A stretch of DNA of 64,000 nucleotides. Source: Candidatus Uhrbacteria bacterium (GTDB taxonomy: Bacteria; Patescibacteriota; Patescibacteriia; UBA9934). The DNA lies in NCBI GenBank assembly GCA_943354605.1, contig CALRCK010000001.1:84936-148935 (forward strand), written 5' to 3'. Shown here one piece after another: positions 1 through 7,400 of this stretch (position 1 is its first letter; each line of letters begins with the position of its first letter). Position numbers and translations under genes: made by a program. The notes beneath the pieces are model-generated. The model saw only the letters and a program-made list of their open reading frames with translations. It made no database searches and had not been told where the DNA came from.

Positions 1-765
1 AAGATCGACACTGCAGGAAAAATCACGCAGTCCGCCGTTGGTATGGGAACATCGGAGAATGTGGAGCGCGCACCGGACATTCTTTCCGTTCTCATGATGC
101 AGAATGGCGTAGAAATGGTGGACGATCGCGGTCGTGTGACATTTAACGATGCGCCAAAAGGATCCGGAAATGCCACGCCGCCTGGTTTGGGTGCGGTGCA
201 GTTCTATACAGATTTCGCGAACCCAACAAAGGAGGTGTATACGTGGAACGACACGATGCAGTCGTCGCTCGACGCATTTGTGAACGGTCAGACGGCGATG
301 TTCTTGGGATATAGTTACCACTTGCCGATCATCCGTACACTTGCACCAAAACTGAATGTTGCGGTTGCTGCATTGCCGCAGATTAGTACGGCAGACACCA
401 CGCAGCAGGTGAACTACGGAAATTATTGGGCAGAAGGTGTGTCGAAAGATTCTGCAAATCAGGATTACGCATGGAATTTTGTGTTGTTTGCAACGAACGA
501 AGACAATGTCACGAGCTATCTTTCCGATGCGAAGAAACCAACGGCCCTGCGATCGCTCATTGCAAGTCAGTTGAACGACGAGGATCTTGGCGTGTTCGCG
601 TCGCAGTTGTTAACCGCAAAAACCTGGTATCGCGGGCTCGATGTGGACGCAGAAGAGGCGGCAATGAACCAACTCATCGATGATTACTTGGCAAACACAT
701 ATGGCGACGATCCGCAGAAGGCTGTAGATAACGCGGCGCGTGTGGTGTCGCAAACGTATCTCTAA
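1..765 (+). CDS. C-terminal part of an extracellular solute-binding protein (ABC transporter SBP family 1-like); 5' end lies outside the window
   Basis: The reading frame is open from position 1 with no stop, and the stop is at 763-765. The soluble sequence (…AMFLGYSYHLPII…KTWYRG…) resembles MalE-type SBP C-terminal lobes. This is an assignment by eye. Confidence 0.4.
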   Translation, partial: KIDTAGKITQSAVGMGTSENVERAPDILSVLMMQNGVEMVDDRGRVTFNDAPKGSGNATPPGLGAVQFYTDFANPTKEVYTWNDTMQSSLDAFVNGQTAMFLGYSYHLPIIRTLAPKLNVAVAALPQISTADTTQQVNYGNYWAEGVSKDSANQDYAWNFVLFATNEDNVTSYLSDAKKPTALRSLIASQLNDEDLGVFASQLLTAKTWYRGLDVDAEEAAMNQLIDDYLANTYGDDPQKAVDNAARVVSQTYL

Positions 766-797
766 ACGCCATTCAGCGCGTGTTATACTTGTTCTAT

Positions 798-1361
798 ATG
801 TTTCGCGCGCTTAAGATTGCCGTTCTTGGTGTGATCCTCTCAACGTCTTTTGGTATTTTTGTGCCAGCCGTTGATGTGCGTGCTGCAGATCTTGGTGCGC
901 AGTACACGGAGATCAATTCATCAGGAACGTCTTCGCAGGGGCTTATTTTTGCAGGAATCTGTCCTAGCTCTACGGATCCAACAACCGGGCTCAATCACTG
1001 CACGGAATGTCGCGACCACGGAAACTGTACGCTCTCCGATGTGCTGCAGGTGTTCGTGAACCTTTCCACGTTCATTCTTGGCATCAGCGGAACCGCGGTG
1101 CTGTTCGTCTTCGTTTATGGTGGGTTTAAGTGGGTGTTTTCCCGTGGGGATTCACACTGGATTACCGAAGGAAAGGACGCTATTACCGCGGCAATTATTG
1201 GACTTTGTATTATCTTTGGCGCGTACGTTGCGATTAACTTTATTGTTTCTGGTCTCACCACAAAGGGGGGCGCGACGCCATCATCCGGAAAGCTCGAAGA
1301 TACGGTGAATCAAAGTGTGACGGGCGGCACAGGAGCGACCGGAGTTTTTACTACTGAATAA
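798..1361 (+). CDS. pilin-like small membrane protein A (TrbC/VirB2-like candidate) with a Cys-rich insert
   Basis: ORF 780..1361, with the likely start at MFRALKIAVLGV. It has an N-terminal hydrophobic leader, a CPSSTDPTTGLNHCTECRDHGNC segment, and then the conserved module VYGGFKWVFSRGDS…GKDAI flanked by two hydrophobic helices. Confidence 0.45.
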   Translation: MFRALKIAVLGVILSTSFGIFVPAVDVRAADLGAQYTEINSSGTSSQGLIFAGICPSSTDPTTGLNHCTECRDHGNCTLSDVLQVFVNLSTFILGISGTAVLFVFVYGGFKWVFSRGDSHWITEGKDAITAAIIGLCIIFGAYVAINFIVSGLTTKGGATPSSGKLEDTVNQSVTGGTGATGVFTTE

Positions 1362-1367
1362 TGGTAT

Positions 1368-1736
1368 ATGAAGAAGATTTTTCGATACGCGATTCTTGCA
1401 TCAATTGTGCTCCTCCCATTTGCTGCGCATGTTGCGCTCGCAGCAACATCAACGTCGTCGGTGACATTGATCAATCCCCTTGGCGACGAGGCTCGTGATG
1501 TTCGCGTACTTTTTGGTCGAGTCATTTCCGCGGCACTATCGATCGTGGGTGGACTTGCATTGTTGATGTTCGTTTATGGCGGCTTGCTCTGGATGACATC
1601 GCGCGGTGAATCGAAACAGGTTACGAAAGGGAAAGATACAATTACCTGGGCTACGCTTGGACTGGTCATTATCTTTGCGTCGTACACGCTGGTGAATGCA
1701 TTGATTTCCGGAATCACATCCGGAAATGCCACGTAA
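1368..1736 (+). CDS. pilin-like small membrane protein B
   Basis: The protein has a signal-peptide-like N-terminus (ILASIVLLPFAAHVALA), then VYGGLLWMTSRGESKQVTKGKDTI between two hydrophobic helices. Confidence 0.5.
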   Translation: MKKIFRYAILASIVLLPFAAHVALAATSTSSVTLINPLGDEARDVRVLFGRVISAALSIVGGLALLMFVYGGLLWMTSRGESKQVTKGKDTITWATLGLVIIFASYTLVNALISGITSGNAT

Positions 1737-1781
1737 GAAAATGGCGTGATATACTATTCTCAACAATTATTCTTCTCCCGT

Positions 1782-2183
1782 ATGATGAAATCTCTCGTCC
1801 GTTTCGCGATGAGTGTGGTACTCGGCCTGGCTATTGCGCTTCCGTTCGTACATATCGGTGCTGTTCATGCGGCATCTGGTCAGCTTGAGGCAACAGATTT
1901 ACTCGGGACGGACTTTGGTGACGCAACCGGTCTTGGTCAGGGCGATCTCACGACAACGATCGGTTCGTTGATCCGTGTCGCACTTGGATTCCTTGGCGTT
2001 GTTGCGGTGGTGATTATTCTCTTGGGTGGATTTAAGTGGATGACGGCTGGCGGAAGTGACGAAAAGGTTGGCGAAGCAAAGAAGCTCATCATCGCCGGTA
2101 TCATCGGTTTGGCGATTATTCTCTCGGCATACGCTATTGCATCGTTCGTTATCAGCTCGATTGTTGGTGCGGCAGCAGGATAA
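1782..2183 (+). CDS. pilin-like small membrane protein C
   Basis: ORF 1746..2183 with the probable start at MMKSLVRF. It has an N-terminal signal-like helix and the module LLGGFKWMTAGGSDEKVGEAKKLII plus a C-terminal helix. Confidence 0.5.
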   Translation: MMKSLVRFAMSVVLGLAIALPFVHIGAVHAASGQLEATDLLGTDFGDATGLGQGDLTTTIGSLIRVALGFLGVVAVVIILLGGFKWMTAGGSDEKVGEAKKLIIAGIIGLAIILSAYAIASFVISSIVGAAAG

Positions 2184-2238
2184 TCGATTCGACGTTGTCT
2201 CATGACGCTCGCCCCGAAGAATATTCGGGGCCTGCACT

Positions 2239-2589
2239 ATGCGAGAACTGTTGGCGCTGACAACAATAGACGGATCAACAACGGGACTCTCTTCAACGGG
2301 AACCGCGGCGTTTGGTTCAACGTGGGTTCGCACGCAGAGCGCAACGTCGCTGTCGTATTTCATCGGCCACAACATCATTCAGCCAATTTTTGGCTTGGTG
2401 GGATTGGCATTTTTCGTGCTTGCCGTCTATGCCGGCGTGTTGTGGATGACGGCGCAGGGGGATTCGAAGAAGGTGGACAAAGCAAAAGATATTTTGGTGT
2501 CGGCAACGGTGGGATTGGTGATTATTGTTGCATCGTACGTGCTGACGAACGCAATTTTGAGTGCCGTGACGTCCGGAACGGTAACCTAG
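2239..2589 (+). CDS. pilin-like small membrane protein D
   Basis: A hydrophilic, Thr/Ser-rich N-terminus is followed by VYAGVLWMTAQGDSKKVDKAKDILV between two hydrophobic helices. Confidence 0.5.
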   Translation: MRELLALTTIDGSTTGLSSTGTAAFGSTWVRTQSATSLSYFIGHNIIQPIFGLVGLAFFVLAVYAGVLWMTAQGDSKKVDKAKDILVSATVGLVIIVASYVLTNAILSAVTSGTVT

Positions 2590-2596
2590 TGCCGAT

Positions 2597-2941
2597 ATGA
2601 TCCGACTTCTTGCTGCGGCAACTGCGCCCTTCAATGCTGATCCACTTTCAAATGCTGGTGCGGCGGCATACGGTGGCACCGTGCCTTCGACCACCCTTTT
2701 TTCCCTGATCAACAGCATTATCACTGCGATATTCAGCGTTCTTGGCCTCATATTCCTTTTCCTTACGCTCTACGCGGGGTATTTATGGATGACGGCGATG
2801 GGGGATTCAAAGAAAGTGACGCGAGCAAAGGATATGCTGTCGCAGGCGGTCATCGGGCTCATCATTGTTGTACTCTCGTACGGAATTTCCTTCTTCGTGG
2901 TCGATCTTATTGGGACCGCTGGAGGATTCGGCGGGATATAA
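2597..2941 (+). CDS. pilin-like small membrane protein E
   Basis: It carries the same module (LYAGYLWMTAMGDSKKVTRAKDML) between two hydrophobic helices. Confidence 0.5.
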   Translation: MIRLLAAATAPFNADPLSNAGAAAYGGTVPSTTLFSLINSIITAIFSVLGLIFLFLTLYAGYLWMTAMGDSKKVTRAKDMLSQAVIGLIIVVLSYGISFFVVDLIGTAGGFGGI

Positions 2942-2953
2942 ACGCTCGCATTT

Positions 2954-3066
2954 GGCCCATTTTCGACTCAGGCCTTCGGAAACTTCTTCAACGTACCGAG
3001 AAGTACGCCTCAGAAGCTTTCCTCGCCCTTCATCGAAACTGGTCTCAAATGAGAGCGTTTATCTCG
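2954..3066. repeat. ~112-nt repeat family R1, copy 1 (forward orientation)
   Basis: This copy aligns along its length with the reverse complements of 16151-16264 and 26825-26936. Shared blocks include GCCCATTTTCG…AACGTACCGAGAAGTACGCCTC…CGAAACTGGTCT.AAATGAGA. It contains a hairpin CGTAC-n6-GTACG. Confidence 0.6.
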
Positions 3067-3132
3067 GGCAATCATCCACAGCGAGTATTTTCTCAACGTG
3101 ATACACTATTCACATAATATTTTGTCCATCGT

Positions 3133-3516
3133 ATGTCGAAGCTCAAGAACATTCTCATCGGCGCAGCGCTCGTAGCACTGCCATTCGGTGCAGCATTGAG
3201 AATCCCAGTAGTACACGCATCGCCAGATCTCACCACGAATCTTTCCGACGTGAATGCTGACGCATCGCTTGGATCGGAGGACCTTACCGCAACCATCGGT
3301 AAGCTGATCTCTGCATTGCTCAGCGTGCTTGGTGTGATTTTCTTGCTTCTCATCATTTGGGCAGGTTTCACCTGGATGACCGCACAGGGAGACTCGAAGA
3401 AGGTGGACAAAGCAAAGGACATTCTCATCACATCTGTTGTTGGTCTGATCATCTTGCTCTCGGCATACGCCATCAGCACGTTCGTCATCGACCAGTTGGC
3501 GACAGCTACGGGATAG
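3133..3516 (+). CDS. pilin-like small membrane protein F
   Basis: It has a signal-like N-terminus, then IWAGFTWMTAQGDSKKVDKAKDILI between two hydrophobic helices. That core is near-identical to D. Confidence 0.55.
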   Translation: MSKLKNILIGAALVALPFGAALRIPVVHASPDLTTNLSDVNADASLGSEDLTATIGKLISALLSVLGVIFLLLIIWAGFTWMTAQGDSKKVDKAKDILITSVVGLIILLSAYAISTFVIDQLATATG

Positions 3517-3534
3517 TTTGAAAAAGCGATTTCA

Positions 3535-3562
3535 GAAAAGACGACCCGCATGGGTCGTTTTT
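3535..3562 (+). terminator. rho-independent terminator after the pilin-like array
   Basis: The sequence is AAAAGACGACCCGCATGGGTCGTTTTTT, a stem-loop followed by a T-run. Confidence 0.6.
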
Positions 3563-3659
3563 TCGTTTGAAAAGCGAGAGACCCCGGAATCCTTTCGGAC
3601 GCCGGGGTCTCCGTTGCGTGGGTCACGTCACCGTCACCCGAACCTCGTCGCGCGTCCCC

Positions 3660-5609
3660 TCAGTTGCAGGGGTACGAGGTGTCGTTCACCTTGTCGCACT
3701 GCGCGCGGCCGCCGTAGGCTTCGAGGGCTTCCGCCTTCTTCTCCGCCTTCGTCTTGGCTCGCGGCTGCCTGGCCGCGGGCTTCGACCCCGACGTCGCGCC
3801 GCTGCCGCTGCCAACCGCGTTTTCCGCGTAGTCGAGCACCTTGGAGCCGCCATTGCTGACGACCCCGGCCGCGCGCGTGGCGCCGTGGCTCATCGACGTT
3901 TCCGTCTCCGAGATCCACTGCGCGCCGAAGATGCGAACGACGATGAACGCCGCGAGCACCCCGGCCGTGACAACGCGCAGCGCGTTGTACCCGTACTGCA
4001 GGTTGAGGATGTCCTGCTTCTCGATCTCGGCGCCGAGCTTCCCCGCGTACGAGCCGTACACCTTCATCGTGGCGCCACGCTTCAGGTACCCGTACGCAAT
4101 GGCGAGGATCGCGATGAACGTGATGCCGCCGATGCGCCAGCTCTGCGGCGTGTTGAGCGCGAGCGCGAGGGTGAGAGGGATCCACGCGAGCACGATCGCG
4201 GAAGCGACCGTGGCACTGATGTTCACGAGGAAGTTGGTTTTGGCCAGCTCCTTCGACAGCGCGTCCACGTGTTCCTTCTCCATCCGGATGATGCTCTTGA
4301 TGAACGCCGGGATGGCGCCCACCGTCTGCCCACCCTTCTGGAGGAGGTTGATGCTCACGAAGTCGAAGGTCACGATGACGAGGAGGCTCACCCAGTAGGC
4401 GAACCAGTCCACCGTCGGCGTGAAGATCGCCGTGATCACCCACACGAGGGTGAGCGCCATCGGCGCCGCGTAGAAGCCGAGGAGCACGCCCACCACCTGC
4501 ACCGCGCCGGAGACGATCCAGCCGAAGGCCATCATGAGCGCCGAGACGCCCAAGATGGTCACGGTGGACCCCCAGGCGAAGCCCGGGAGCCAGTCCTGGT
4601 GCCAGTTTCCGATCCACAGCGTGATGATGCCGTAGATGATGAGCGCGCCGACGACTGCCACCGAACCCTTGCTCACGTTGGCGGCCGTGCGGATGGCCGC
4701 CTGCGCCTTCACGAACGCGCTGCTCGGCTGGAGGCCTGCGAACAGGTGCAGCCGGTCGAGCATGTCCATGCCGCTGGCGACGGCGTTGGTGCCCTGGTTG
4801 CGATCCGCCTGGCCGACGAGGAGGAACTCGAACGCCGGGATCATCCGGCGCACGAAGTTCTCCGCGGAGCGCCGCCAGCCCTCGAGGTTCGGGCCGCTCT
4901 GGCACCCGTGGTTCTCGAAGTCGCGGATCTCCCCCACGAACTCCACGGCGGCATCGAAGTCCGGGCCCGAGAGCCAGTTCTTGATGTCGTCCGCGTTGTC
5001 GCGGAGGGTGTTGAGGAACCCCACGCCGGCCACCGCCGCCTCGCCTTCCAGCTCGGCAACGATGTCGGTGCCGGGCGTGGCTTCGATCCGCATGAGGCGG
5101 AACATGTAGAGGAGGACGAGCTGCTGGGTGTCGGAGTACCCGGCGCCTGCGGTTGCTCCGGAGAGCGCGCGCTGGACGCGGGAGTACGACGCCACCGGAA
5201 CAGCTGCCGGGGTGGGGGTGGTTGCGGGAGAGGCGGTTGCGGGGGTGGCCATGAGGGCTCCGATTCGGGGGTTGCGGGAAAAATTCCGCCAGTGCGCGAC
5301 GACGTCGGCACGGGCTTCTTCGGTGGTCTTGCCGGTCACGCCGCGCAGCATGCGCGACGTCGGCGGGATGGTTTCCACGAATTCGCCCAGCAGGGACAGC
5401 ACACCGCCACGGTTCTGCAACCGCTGAGCGATGAACAGGATGGCCGGGCTGGCGATGTTCGGGATGCTGGCGTAGAGGTCGAAGATGACCCCCACGAATC
5501 CCTCGAGGTTGTCGGACCCACGGATGCGGGCCACGATTTCGTCGGGGAGGCGCTGCTCTCCGTCTTCGGTGAGGGCACGGATGAGGCTTTGGAAGTTGGA
5601 ATCGCTCAT
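3660..5609 (-). CDS. large polytopic membrane protein in GC-rich block 1 (~330-aa soluble N-terminal region plus ~7-8 TM helices), function unknown
   Basis: This is the long minus-strand ORF 3660..5777, with the likely start at MSDSNFQSL (ATG at 5607-5609). The sequence is coherent, with clear hydrophobic helices. The overlapping plus-strand 690-aa ORF and the other-frame minus-strand 669-aa ORF are Arg/Pro/Gly-rich artefacts of high GC. Confidence 0.5.
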   Translation of the reverse strand: MSDSNFQSLIRALTEDGEQRLPDEIVARIRGSDNLEGFVGVIFDLYASIPNIASPAILFIAQRLQNRGGVLSLLGEFVETIPPTSRMLRGVTGKTTEEARADVVAHWRNFSRNPRIGALMATPATASPATTPTPAAVPVASYSRVQRALSGATAGAGYSDTQQLVLLYMFRLMRIEATPGTDIVAELEGEAAVAGVGFLNTLRDNADDIKNWLSGPDFDAAVEFVGEIRDFENHGCQSGPNLEGWRRSAENFVRRMIPAFEFLLVGQADRNQGTNAVASGMDMLDRLHLFAGLQPSSAFVKAQAAIRTAANVSKGSVAVVGALIIYGIITLWIGNWHQDWLPGFAWGSTVTILGVSALMMAFGWIVSGAVQVVGVLLGFYAAPMALTLVWVITAIFTPTVDWFAYWVSLLVIVTFDFVSINLLQKGGQTVGAIPAFIKSIIRMEKEHVDALSKELAKTNFLVNISATVASAIVLAWIPLTLALALNTPQSWRIGGITFIAILAIAYGYLKRGATMKVYGSYAGKLGAEIEKQDILNLQYGYNALRVVTAGVLAAFIVVRIFGAQWISETETSMSHGATRAAGVVSNGGSKVLDYAENAVGSGSGATSGSKPAARQPRAKTKAEKKAEALEAYGGRAQCDKVNDTSYPCN

Positions 5610-5639
5610 GGCGAATTCTCCGGGGCTGTGATGAATTGA

Positions 5640-5830
5640 ACAATTGACGCGAGTTTTGAAAGATGCGGAAAATAAGGGGTTTCCCCAGGATTTCCGGACT
5701 GGGGAGAATAGCAGAAAAATGCAGAAAAGTAAAGGGAAAGGAGGGTTTTGGGGAAAATGAGGTTTCCCCAGGGCCACCTTTACTTTTCCCTGTTTTTCTG
5801 CTATAGTAAAGGGTTAGATTCCTTCAAAAC
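5640..5830. promoter_or_regulatory. divergent intergenic control region with direct and inverted repeats
   Basis: GGTTTCCCCAGG occurs twice (about 5678 and 5762). GCAGAAAAGTAAAGGG faces an imperfect inverted copy CCTTTACTTTTCCCTGTTTTTCTGC. The region is locally AT-rich and lies between two divergently oriented GC-rich genes. Confidence 0.3.
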
Positions 5831-5897
5831 TCGTGTACATTGTTCGATTCACCCGCCGATGCCGCAAAGGATCGGTTTCTCTCGCCAGAGGTCTCTC

Positions 5898-6602
5898 ATG
5901 CTCCTGTCCCTCATCCTGTCTTCCCTCATCTCCGCGGCCCGTGCCGAGGAGCCCACCATCAACGTCACGGTCGTGGCCCCCGCGGTCACGGACGAGGCGG
6001 CCGATGCCACCGAGATCCCGACCAGCCAGTACGGCGTGTCGCTCGTCATCGGCAGCAACTGCAGCGTCAAGGTCACCGGCAAGAACCTGTCCGCCAAAAA
6101 GGCGGGGCAGCTCGCCGGCGAGATCGAGGCGGCCAAGGGCAAGTGCATGGCCAACAAGGCCCGCCGCGACGACAAGGCTCGCGCCGACCAGGTCGCCACC
6201 GCCCGCTCGAAGTCCGAGGACACCCTCATCTCGGCCGGCGCGGATGCGGTCAAGAATGGCGGCAGCGTGGACTACAGCTCCAAGGCCAACGGCGATCTCC
6301 ACTTCGTGGCGGGTCCGGCGGCCGAGTGGAGCGCGTACGGCACCGCGGTCAGCAACGGCAACGGCTACGTCCCCGGCATGTCGGTGGGCTACGTCGATCC
6401 GCAGATGGCGATGCTCTACCGCCTTGGCGCCGGCCAGGCCGCCTTCGCCGCACACCCCGTCGTCCCCGGCGCGGTGATGCCGATGCAGCCGGCCGCACAG
6501 CCCGCGACGACCACCGACAACAGCGCCGCCCTCGGTGAGTGCCAGCAGGCGCTCAAGGCCAAGGGCAAGCTGCTCGAGTCCTGCGAGAACAGCGGCTCGT
6601 AG
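5898..6602 (+). CDS. secreted hypothetical protein (GC-rich block 1)
   Basis: ORF 5748..6602 with the probable start at MLLSLILSSLISAARA, which looks like a signal peptide. It is Ala/Gly/Lys-rich and I recognise no domain. Confidence 0.45.
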   Translation: MLLSLILSSLISAARAEEPTINVTVVAPAVTDEAADATEIPTSQYGVSLVIGSNCSVKVTGKNLSAKKAGQLAGEIEAAKGKCMANKARRDDKARADQVATARSKSEDTLISAGADAVKNGGSVDYSSKANGDLHFVAGPAAEWSAYGTAVSNGNGYVPGMSVGYVDPQMAMLYRLGAGQAAFAAHPVVPGAVMPMQPAAQPATTTDNSAALGECQQALKAKGKLLESCENSGS

Positions 6603-6748
6603 TCGTCGGTGTGTGGTGCGGTCGGTCTCGAAAGGGGCCGGCCGCCGGATGGGCCACGATACGGTCCCCATTCCTCGCGGTTTGATGGAGTCCCTCGGGA
6701 CATTATTGCCGCAAAACGTTCCTCGTCTCGAAACCTCCCGGAGTTCCC

Positions 6749-7372
6749 ATGTCCTTGTTCCTCTTCCTCGTTTCTTCCTTCGCTCTCGCCGCCGCTGGTG
6801 GCCCCATGGCCCCGCGTACGGTGGCCCATCCGTACCTCCCCAACGTGGAGCTCGCGATGGACGCGTCGAACTGCTCGGCGGACACGAACTGCGTCACCGT
6901 GGTGAACACGGGAAGCACGTTCCTCGTGCCGCAGAACAGCAACGCACCGGGCGGGATGCGCGTGGTGGACCCGGAGGGGTACACGAACGGCATCTACAAG
7001 GACGGCCTTCCGGTGTTCGTCGGCTTCACGGTCGATCCCACCACCGGCGAGACTATCCCGATGCTCAACGGCACGTTCGTGTCGGCCATCGAACCCTGCA
7101 TCCGCAGCGGCTCCTGGCCCACGACCGCGCTCCGCGTGCGCACCGCCAAGGAGATCACGGTCACCGCGGAGTCGGTGGTGTTCTACCCGGAGCCGGGCCC
7201 GGTCACCAAGGCGTTCGATGTCCAGACCGGGACGATCATCCGGTACCACCCCGGCTACGGCGAGACCGTGGGTCAGGTGGACCCGATCAAGAGCGTTCTC
7301 CGGAACGCGATCGGCGAGCCGACCACCTACGCCTGGCGCATCGCGCTGGGCAACGGTCGCTGCCAGAGCTAG
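6749..7372 (+). CDS. secreted hypothetical protein with 4 Cys (GC-rich block 1)
   Basis: The N-terminus MSLFLFLVSSFALAAAGG looks like a signal peptide. No domain recognised. Confidence 0.45.
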   Translation: MSLFLFLVSSFALAAAGGPMAPRTVAHPYLPNVELAMDASNCSADTNCVTVVNTGSTFLVPQNSNAPGGMRVVDPEGYTNGIYKDGLPVFVGFTVDPTTGETIPMLNGTFVSAIEPCIRSGSWPTTALRVRTAKEITVTAESVVFYPEPGPVTKAFDVQTGTIIRYHPGYGETVGQVDPIKSVLRNAIGEPTTYAWRIALGNGRCQS

Positions 7373-7400
7373 TCGGGTTCAGCCAGTGTGACTCGTGACT

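Noticed and set aside
3567-5643. The long ORFs 3567..5639 (+, 690 aa) and 3634..5643 (-, 669 aa) overlapping the 3660..5609 membrane-protein gene
   Set aside because: Their products are Arg/Pro/Gly/His-rich, with no hydrophobic core or motifs. They are typical alternative-frame artefacts of about 65% GC DNA. Only the 3660..5609 frame gives a coherent membrane-protein sequence.
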